Below, one piece after another: positions 36,924-45,200 of a DNA stretch of 62,643 nt. The position numbers and the translations under genes were made by a program. The stretch is from a virus. Lineage: Duplodnaviria; Caudoviricetes. The notes under the pieces were generated by a model. The model did not search any database, was not told the origin of the DNA, and saw only the letters and a list, made by a program, of their open reading frames with translations. Location of the stretch: IMG/VR virus record IMGVR_UViG_3300044691_000243, positions 1-62,643 of that record, one strand, 5' to 3'. Every line of letters begins with the position of its first letter. The first letter of the stretch is position 1.

Positions 36924-39900
36924 GTGACGGACTGGAACGTAGTACAGGCCTTCATGGCCAACATAGTACCTTGGCCGGGGTCCCCACAGGACCCCGGGTA
37001 TGTGAACCTGCACTACTCGATGCCAAACCCGAAGCCGACCCCAACGAAGCCCCTGATCAAGGGCATGGGGTGGCCGTTCAAGACCATTGAGGGTTTCATC
37101 GACCGCGCCTCGTGGGTCACCACGATGCCGGCGAAGTTCAAGGACGTGTGGTTCTGCACGTCGCTTCAGAGCATGGCTAGTGCCAATACCAAGGGCAAGC
37201 CTAAAGCTGTCCGGCTGGCCGCCAATGCTCTCAAGGTAAAAGCGCTCTGGATTGACGCCGACGTCGGTGTGCCAGAGCCCGGCAAGAAGCCGAAGTACCC
37301 CGACATCCAAACCGCGCTGAAGGCGATCCTGCTGTTTGCCAAGACTGTCGGGCTACCTGACCCTAGCGCGGTAGTCTACTCAGGCGGCGGTGTCCACGTC
37401 TACTGGATCAGCAAGGACCCGCTCGACCCCGCGCAGTGGGCGCCTTACGCCGCGGGCTTGAAGAGCCTGCTATTGGGGAACAATGTCCTCTGCGACGCCG
37501 GCCTCACGACCGACATCGCACGCATCCTGCGTGTTCCAGGGACATTCAATCACAAATACGACCCACCTAAGCCCGTCACGCTGGCCCCCATGCCGCTCAA
37601 GCTCTACGACTTCGAGCCACAGCTAGGATTTCTCAAAACCTTCGCAGGTCCGATCGCAGTACAGGGCAACCAAAAACCCCAGCCGGAAATATTCGCGGAA
37701 GGAGCAGACCTTGAGAGCTTCAAGAGACCGCCGGTGTTCAAGCCGGCCCAGCCGGAGCCCGATCTCAATGCCGGCATAGACAAGTTCGACGAGACGTTAC
37801 TGAAGGCCGCGCCCATCTTCAAAGAGTGCGGGTTCTACAAAGAAGCGCTTCTCAAGGGAGGAGCCAACTGCGGCAACGAGTTATGGATGTACTCCGTGCT
37901 CGGCGCGACCTTCATGGAGAACGGGAATGCAATTGCACACGCGATATCGAAAGGGCATGCGACTTATTCCGAGGCTGACACACAGGCGCTCTATGATCGG
38001 AAAGTGGCTGAACGACATGATCGGGGAATTGGATATCCCAGCTGCTCAGCCATTAAGGGGGCTGGCTGCACGGCGTGCGCGGCGTGCCCGCTGTTCACGA
38101 AAGGGAAGTCACCGCTCAGTATAAGGGACAAAATTACCGCCGCGGTAAATCCGACGACCCAAAGCGCCGCCGCGGTGCAGGTCGGCCTGCCGGCTAGTTT
38201 TGACCTGAACGGTGACGGGGTTATCTGCAAAGTCCTGGAGGACGAAGAAGACGGCGATATCACCACTATGATGATCCCGCTGTTCCAGTGCACCATGAGC
38301 GACTTCTGGCTGCAGAAGCACCCAGGCGAACATATAAACTTTACCATGACCGTGGATAAAGGGTGCACCGAGCAGGCAACGGTCGATCTCGGCGAGGTGG
38401 CGGCGCACGGGTTTCCCGGGTACCTCTGCAAGAGGCGGGTGCTGATCACCACCGTTGGCGAGCGTTACCTAAAGGAGTTTTTCTTGAGCATGATCGGTAA
38501 ACTACGCAGCCTTGCTGCTGCACAGACGTCTACGCCGTTCGGGTGGTACTCGCTCAACGGCGCTCGCCGCGGCTTTGTGTTTGGTGGCACAATCCTGATG
38601 GATGACGGCACAGAGCGCCCCTGCGGAGCTATTGACCCGAACATATCGCGCATGTACCAGCCCAAGGGCGATCTCGCGGAGTGGATGAAGGCGGCGAACA
38701 GCACCCTGGACCGCAGGCGACCAGAGTTGACATCAATCATCCTGACCGCGTTCGCTGCGCCCTTGATCTCGTTCACTGACCACAACAGCCTGATGATCTC
38801 GGCCTGCGGCACCGACAGCGGCGCCGGCAAGTCGTCGGCCGCCAAGATCGGCATGTCGGTCTGGGGCGACCCGATCCTGACCAAGGGGACCGAGAGCCAG
38901 ACGGTGAACAACATCACCACCGTGATGAAAACTATCCGCAACCTCCCTTTTTACTGGGACGAAATCACCGCCGAAGCAGAGCGAGAGAAAATCTCCAAGG
39001 TCATGATGGAGGCAGACGGTGGCAAGGAAAAAGGCCGCAACAAGGACGGCACCACCACACAAGCGGCGGGTACGTGGCAGCTGATGCTGAGTTACACCGC
39101 CAACCACAGTCTGAAGGAACATCTCCGTAAGCGGAACAGGGACACCAGCGCGCAGCTCATGCGATGTCTGGAGTGGGAGGTGAAGCGAGTTCAGGGCGGC
39201 ACCGGGCATATGCAGACAGCTGACGCCGATGTGCTGGTCGGACTGACCCGCAACAATTATGGCCTGATGGGTATGGTCTACGCCAAATACCTCGCGCTCA
39301 ACCACGCCCGCATCGCGCACGAGGTTCTCGCCAAGTGCAAGGCAATCCAGACGCTGCTGAAGCCGGGTGACGACGAGCGCCTCTGGACGACGGGGCTCGC
39401 GCTCATGACCCTCGCTGCGAAATACGCCAAGGACTGCGGGCTCAACATCGACCATGCCGAGATCGAGAAGTTCATGTATCAGGTCTACCAAAAAAATCTC
39501 TCTGATAGAGACCAGTTCGCGAGCGGCGGTCACGTTGACAACTCCGAAACCGTGCTGACCCGCTACCTTAGAGAGCGAGAAGCGCAGCAGCGTGTCGTGT
39601 GGACCAACTACATGCACAACAAGCAGGGCAAGCCATCGAAGCCAGTGCTGATCCTCAAGGGACCGATGGAAGCACGTAACAATATTGGCGCCGTCGAGGT
39701 GAGGTTCGCGCAGCAGAACGAGATTTGCGTGATTGCGAAGACTGACTTTGACGCCTACCTGGCCGAATACAAACACTCCGAGACGCAGATTTATGCCGCG
39801 CTCACGACGGTCTACGCCTACGAGAAACAGAAGCTGCAGATTTGCTCCGGGTACGTACAAGACCCCGGCCGGGAAGACTGCATCGTGCTCCACCTCAAGA

Positions 39901-40118
39901 AAGGCACGCCGCTGTGGTATTACCTTATGACCGGGATGCCACCCGAGGAGAAGGCGAAGCTGGAGGAAGGGCTCGAAGTAGAGCCGCTTGAAACCGGTTT
40001 AGACCCGAACGTACATGAAGGGGCCACCCTAGCGCCAATTCAAATTGATCCAGTGACCGGGCGGCCAAACGGCGCTTCCGTTAGGGAATTCGTACAGGGA
40101 GCAGCGCGTGGACCGTGA
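36924..40118 (+). CDS. Primase-helicase (RepB-like primase + Zn finger + DUF927 + P-loop helicase)
   Basis: SGGGVHVYW, DIARILRVPGTFN, C..C..CP, Walker A SGAGKSS, WDEIT. Confidence 0.88.
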   Translation: MTDWNVVQAFMANIVPWPGSPQDPGYVNLHYSMPNPKPTPTKPLIKGMGWPFKTIEGFIDRASWVTTMPAKFKDVWFCTSLQSMASANTKGKPKAVRLAANALKVKALWIDADVGVPEPGKKPKYPDIQTALKAILLFAKTVGLPDPSAVVYSGGGVHVYWISKDPLDPAQWAPYAAGLKSLLLGNNVLCDAGLTTDIARILRVPGTFNHKYDPPKPVTLAPMPLKLYDFEPQLGFLKTFAGPIAVQGNQKPQPEIFAEGADLESFKRPPVFKPAQPEPDLNAGIDKFDETLLKAAPIFKECGFYKEALLKGGANCGNELWMYSVLGATFMENGNAIAHAISKGHATYSEADTQALYDRKVAERHDRGIGYPSCSAIKGAGCTACAACPLFTKGKSPLSIRDKITAAVNPTTQSAAAVQVGLPASFDLNGDGVICKVLEDEEDGDITTMMIPLFQCTMSDFWLQKHPGEHINFTMTVDKGCTEQATVDLGEVAAHGFPGYLCKRRVLITTVGERYLKEFFLSMIGKLRSLAAAQTSTPFGWYSLNGARRGFVFGGTILMDDGTERPCGAIDPNISRMYQPKGDLAEWMKAANSTLDRRRPELTSIILTAFAAPLISFTDHNSLMISACGTDSGAGKSSAAKIGMSVWGDPILTKGTESQTVNNITTVMKTIRNLPFYWDEITAEAEREKISKVMMEADGGKEKGRNKDGTTTQAAGTWQLMLSYTANHSLKEHLRKRNRDTSAQLMRCLEWEVKRVQGGTGHMQTADADVLVGLTRNNYGLMGMVYAKYLALNHARIAHEVLAKCKAIQTLLKPGDDERLWTTGLALMTLAAKYAKDCGLNIDHAEIEKFMYQVYQKNLSDRDQFASGGHVDNSETVLTRYLREREAQQRVVWTNYMHNKQGKPSKPVLILKGPMEARNNIGAVEVRFAQQNEICVIAKTDFDAYLAEYKHSETQIYAALTTVYAYEKQKLQICSGYVQDPGREDCIVLHLKKGTPLWYYLMTGMPPEEKAKLEEGLEVEPLETGLDPNVHEGATLAPIQIDPVTGRPNGASVREFVQGAARGP

Positions 40119-40341
40119 GAAGCTCGCCAAATTGTTGGCGCTGACCGCCTCTGACAACGACCACGAAGCACTCGGCTGCATCAGAGCCGCGAACCGCATG
40201 CTCAAAGCGGCGGACAAGACATGGGAAGATGTCCTGGAGGGCCCGCAGAGGGTGCTCAGTATATCGATCAGCCGGCACCACGCCGTGCCAGAAGAGTTTT
40301 ATCAAGCCATGGAAGAGTGGACACGGAGACCAAAACGATGA
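40108..40341 (+). CDS. DUF2786-like small protein
   Basis: KLAKLLAL..SDNDHEAL...AANRML. Confidence 0.6.
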   Translation: MDREKLAKLLALTASDNDHEALGCIRAANRMLKAADKTWEDVLEGPQRVLSISISRHHAVPEEFYQAMEEWTRRPKR

Positions 40342-40622
40342 GCTTCGGTAATAAAGGCGGCGGATCGCGCACGGGACGACAATACCCGGAACAGGTCACG
40401 ACCAGCCTGACCGCTGAGCACTATGCCTATTTGCAGCTGAAGAGGCGGCACGAGATTGGCTACTTATCTCTCGCTGATGTGATGCGTGAATGCATCGAGC
40501 GGTGCCAGAAGTTAGACACCACCGCCCTGGACAAAACAGAAAACATAGGGGCTTCCGCCCCACCCCCCACGGCCAAGGAAGATCACAGCATGTCCGGTCG
40601 GGTTGCCGCGGTCCCACTTTAA
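40338..40622 (+). CDS. Putative ribbon-helix-helix DNA-binding protein
   Basis: QVTTSL (strand), TAEHYAYL (helix), SLADVMRECIE (helix); ATGA coupling. Confidence 0.5.
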   Translation: MSFGNKGGGSRTGRQYPEQVTTSLTAEHYAYLQLKRRHEIGYLSLADVMRECIERCQKLDTTALDKTENIGASAPPPTAKEDHSMSGRVAAVPL

Positions 40623-40895
40623 TTTGGTGTCCGGCACCTCGATCTCGGTGCCAATATCAACGTGCGGGCGTCCCAGCATCGCATCGTCGCGATCGTCGGT
40701 GACGACAGCGTAGGTCTTGCCGTCTTTGACGAAGAGCTTGTCGGCCCAGTAGGCGTCAGCCACGCCACAGCACGATGCCGTTGGGTTATCAGGCTGTTTG
40801 AGGCTCTCATACCATTCGTTATATTCTGGATGCTCCATGTCGTGGGCGAGGGCTGGGGCGGCGAGCAGGCAAACAAGCATGAGCAGCTTCTTCAT
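40512..40895 (-). CDS. Secreted Cys-containing protein
   Basis: Signal peptide MKKLLMLVCLLAAPALA-HD; SCCGVAD; C-terminal VFCF. Confidence 0.7.
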   Translation of the reverse strand: MKKLLMLVCLLAAPALAHDMEHPEYNEWYESLKQPDNPTASCCGVADAYWADKLFVKDGKTYAVVTDDRDDAMLGRPHVDIGTEIEVPDTKLKWDRGNPTGHAVIFLGRGGWGGSPYVFCFVQGGGV

Positions 40896-41122
40896 TTGAT
40901 CCTCTTGACTGAGAGATAAGTCCCCAAGGCGGCGCCGGTGGCGGCGGGGATGACCAGCCACGGATCATTGACATATTCGGTGATGGCGAAGGCACCGCAC
41001 AGGATAATCCCCGCGGCATAGAGAGCAGCAGCGTTGGCCCGTCGGGCAGTGACAGAAGCCGACCACGATGCATAAATGTAATCAGTCACAGCCATCGCGG
41101 CGAACACGGCGAGCCACTTCAT
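40892..41122 (-). CDS. Small 3-TM membrane protein
   Basis: Three hydrophobic segments; GAALGTYLSV. Confidence 0.65.
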   Translation of the reverse strand: MKWLAVFAAMAVTDYIYASWSASVTARRANAAALYAAGIILCGAFAITEYVNDPWLVIPAATGAALGTYLSVKRIK

Positions 41123-41283
41123 CGTAAATCCTCGCATTTTGCTGCTCGCCCGATCGGACTAGATTGTCTCATACAACGATGCCACTCGGTTTCTTGGTCT
41201 GAATGCGCCGGTTTGTTGTATGTGGCGAAGTCATCGCCGCAGCCGGACAACAGAAGAAGCGCTAGAAGGACAAGATACTTCAT
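41119..41283 (-). CDS. Small lipoprotein
   Basis: MKYLVLLALLLLSG-C lipobox. Confidence 0.65.
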   Translation of the reverse strand: MKYLVLLALLLLSGCGDDFATYNKPAHSDQETEWHRCMRQSSPIGRAAKCEDLR

Positions 41284-41492
41284 TGGGCCTCCAGCCGCTT
41301 GATGGTCTCCGCGATGCTCTCTTGCACACAGGTAAAACCGTTGCTGGTGACGATCTTGGCGTTGGCGTTGTCTTTGCAAAGCGTGTTGGGCTTGGTCACG
41401 GCGATGGCCTGGAGCTTGGCCACCCAGACGGGGGCGCCGGACGGATCAGTGAAGAGAGCGAAGATCGTGAAGAGGGGGGCAAGGTATCTCAC
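41280..41492 (-). CDS. Small hypothetical protein (FlbD-like pattern)
   Basis: PVWV...I...KI.T.NG...VQES..E. Confidence 0.55.
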   Translation of the reverse strand: MRYLAPLFTIFALFTDPSGAPVWVAKLQAIAVTKPNTLCKDNANAKIVTSNGFTCVQESIAETIKRLEAQ

Positions 41493-41686
41493 TTGACCCT
41501 CCGCCTAGCTCTAACCGTATATTTTTTCAGTAGTTGTTTTCCGCGAAACTGCAGCTTGCCACCTTTTACTCGATAGTCGATCGCGTGTAACATACCGCAG
41601 TTGCAGCATTGCTCGTGCTGTCCGACCCAAGAGATCGTTACCCATTCACCATCGAAGACCTGGACGGATGGTCGCTTGCGGGGCAT
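41489..41686 (-). CDS. Small Cys-containing protein
   Basis: CCNCGMLH motif. Confidence 0.6.
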   Translation of the reverse strand: MPRKRPSVQVFDGEWVTISWVGQHEQCCNCGMLHAIDYRVKGGKLQFRGKQLLKKYTVRARRRVK

Positions 41687-41895
41687 CAGTCGCCCCCTAC
41701 TAGCCAGTCTGGATTTTCGACAATGTCGAACTTCACAAGACCAGTGTCCTCATCACGATGCCGTTGGCGGGGGCAGCGCGGCGGCGCTATCGTAGTGTTC
41801 TTGCGGCGGAGTTTTGGCTGGCGGCGCATGGTTCAACTCCGGATGGCATTTTCTGCAGAGAACAGCGAGCATAAGATGGACGCAATCGGCGTCCG

Positions 41896-42186
41896 TCATT
41901 TTCGTGGCATGACCGTCTTGAGGACTTTGGTCTCGCCCTCTTCCTTGCAGGCAACAGGTTGTACGCCTTTGCCCTTGTACATGGTGTCCGCGCCGGACTT
42001 GCCATAGGCGCTGTCTTTTCCATAGTCCTGGAGCTTGGCGTCGGGGTTCTGGTAGGGCTTCAGGCTGGCGTAGCTCTGGTCTTCGCCGTCGCTTTCCTTC
42101 AAGAAGCTACGGGAGCGCCCGAGGGCGGCTCCGCCCTTGGCTGCGTCCAGATCGCGGGGCTTCTCGCCCTTTACGTAGTCCGACAT
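41896..42186 (-). CDS. Small hypothetical protein (AKGG motif)
   Basis: GGAG RBS; 96 aa. Confidence 0.65.
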   Translation of the reverse strand: MSDYVKGEKPRDLDAAKGGAALGRSRSFLKESDGEDQSYASLKPYQNPDAKLQDYGKDSAYGKSGADTMYKGKGVQPVACKEEGETKVLKTVMPRK

Positions 42187-42235
42187 TTTGGCTCTCCGAT
42201 TGTTACCGCCACGGTAATTCTGGGCGGGTTAAAAA

Positions 42236-45200
42236 TCACCTACCGAAGACGCTGTTAATGAGACCTCCGAACGGGCCGCCACCACCTTTTTTGTAGTCCT
42301 GAGTGACGTCCCGGTGGGTCTTTATAGGCACCATTCGCTTGTATTTCGCGGACTTATCACTCACGTCCTTGATGTCCAGTGTCTGGTCCCGCAGGGTACG
42401 ACCCAGGATTTTGGCCTGGCCCACCACACCCTTGTCCCCGGGGGGTGCTTTCATGGCTGTATTGGCGTACATATTATAGGGCGCGACCAGTCCCCTAGCC
42501 AGATGCTCGGCTCCCTCTCCGACTGCCCGAGCAATACCGGCAACGTGCCCTCTGGCTCCCTCTCGTACATCGCCGGGCTTCACGATGTCTTTACCGCGCC
42601 AGTCACGGTTGTAGAACGTCTCTGCCCCTGCCGTCAGTAAGGGCGATACCGTCGCAGCGGCGCGCACTGGCGACATAATATCTTCCTCCCCGTTGAGGGC
42701 GCCAGCTATATGCGACGGGATCGTGTTCGGCCCGCGGCGGGACGCTTCTGCATTGGGGTTGCCCGTCACCTTCTGCCATAGCTTATCCATTAGCGGGTAG
42801 GCCACCATGCCCATCAGCCCGATGGCCATCAGCTTGCCAACGGCCTCGACGCGGTCTCCCGCCGTCGCCGACTTGCCCAGCATATCACTAACGAGGTTGG
42901 CATAGGCCCGGATCATACCCGAGTGGTACCGGCTGAAGGCGAACGCCGCGGAGTTGAAGAATTTCTCGGCAAGAAAACGGTTACCCATGATCTTGATCCA
43001 GGTGCGGTAGTTCGGGATGTCGCGTTCGGCATTTATAACTGCCTCCTGCATAGGCATGCCCTTGCGCTGGAGCTCGCGCACACGCAGCGTCATCAGCATG
43101 TCACTGCCGGCCCACATGGCTTCGCTGCTATGCCGGTATAGCGAGTTCTTGAGATCGAGCAGCGGGACGCCGAGCTTATCGGCGATCGGCCCCCACGTGG
43201 ACGGGTCGCGCTCGATCTCCAGCCCGAACGCCTTCGCCAGCTGCCCGGGCATATCCTTGGTGATCAGCTTCCCGTAGACCGTGCCAGAGCCGTTGAGGTT
43301 CATCTTCCGCTGGTACCGGTCTCGGCGCAGCACCGACTGCAAGGCGAACGGCAGGTCGTGCAGGATCGCCATGTTCTTTGGGATCGACAGATTATCCCAG
43401 CCGCGAGAGGCGACGAAATGCCCCAACACGTTGAAGAAGTGCGCCGTCGGGGACAGGAAGATCAGCTTGGTCACCTCGGCGTTCAGCTTCTGGTACGTGT
43501 TCTGGGGGTTGCCAGCGAAATCGTCAAACAGCGCCTTCAGGTCAGGGTGCATATAAATCCCGTCCATGTTCGGCATGTTGGTCGTGGCCCAGCCCTTCTC
43601 AGTGACCCTTTTGTCCATCTTGTTCGTCGTCGTCCAGTCTTCGAACTTTTTCGAGTTCTTTAGTTCATTGAAGTAAGCCATATGGCGGGCCATCGAGCCA
43701 AGCTGCGCATTGGTAACCAGCGCTGCGAAGCGGGCATCCTTGAAATACTTCGGCGCCTTCTCGTCTATCAGGACGTTCTTCTCTTTCTCCTCCGCCATCG
43801 CCTGATGCATGGTGTAATCAATTTTCTTGCCGTTCTTGGCGGTCACGGTGAACTGCTTCCCGTCTTCGAATTTGAAGTCTGGGTCCCTGATGTGGGACAC
43901 CTTGCCATTTTCCCACAGATCATAGCCCTTGTCGGTGGGCTCGACTATGAACCGCTGACGGTCCGCGTTGCGATCCAGCGCGACATATTTACGCTCTTCA
44001 GCCGCGCTCGCATGCGTCGACAAGCCACGATAATGACCCTGCTCCAGCGGGTCATCTTTTTCCCGCAGCATGTTGAACTCAGACGTATCTCCGTTCATGA
44101 TGTGGGCAACGTGGTGCGGCACGTCAGGACCAATTTTATCTTTGTCGATCGCTCGTATAGCGTTCTTGAACTGGTCATTGTTGCTGAACACCGGATCGAG
44201 ATGCTTGTCGTACAGCGCTTTCATCTCAGGCGGCAGGCTCTCGACGTTGGTCTTGCCGGCTTGCTTACCGGGAAGGTCAACGCTGGCACTATCGGCGTCG
44301 CGGGCCCGGAAGATGCGCTCGCCGGCCGCGCTATCCAGCCCCTTCCACTCCTTCTGGGCCTTGTTCAAGATGGCGCTAAAGTAGTTCTCATCTACTTTTC
44401 CGACGCGGTACAGCTTCTCGTCCAGTGAGCGCACGTAATCCTCACGTGGGAGCCAGGTATTTTTGGCGTGGAAGCTCCCATGTTCGGTCTTCTTCATGTT
44501 GTCGACTAGTCGCGTCGGGTCGAGCTTCTGGAGTGTCTTATAACTGCCCTGCATCAGGCGGTTGAAGTCCTTCTTAATCTTGCCCACGTCCATGGAGGCG
44601 CGCTCGTCCGTCAGGAAGTGATTGGACATGTCACGTGCGAGGTCGACCAGATTTCCACGCCGCCTCACGGACTCCCCTTCAAGGTCGCGCTCACCTTCCG
44701 ACCGAGCTTCCATGCCCAGCTTCTTCTGCGCCGCCTTGTTGGAGGCCTCGATAAGCTCCTTAAGCCGGGCAGGATCACTAATGTCGATAGATGGCTTCTT
44801 GAGCTCGTTGGTCTTACGCTCTTCGCTGGGGATGTTGGCTTCCACCTTCGGCCTCTCCCCAGCCGCGGCCTTGGCCCTTGCCTTGGAGGCCTCGGCCCTG
44901 GCCCGGCGCTCCTTCAGCTTAGCGATTTCGTCCTTGCTGATCTTGTTGGTGTCGATCTTCGTCAGCGAAGTATCACTGGCGTCTACTGTCTTGCGTGGGA
45001 GGACCTTAAGGTCCTCCCTACTCTTCACCGGCGTGGGCTCAACCATGTCCTCCGCTTCTTCGTTCGGCACGTCGAACCCAGGCGCGCGCTTGGTGTCGAG
45101 ATACTCCGCCATCTTGTCTTCTTCAGTGTTCAGGCCGCCTTCGTTGGCGCGCTGGTTCTCGGCAACACCAACGGCCTTGTCGCCGCTACGTTTTGAGTTA

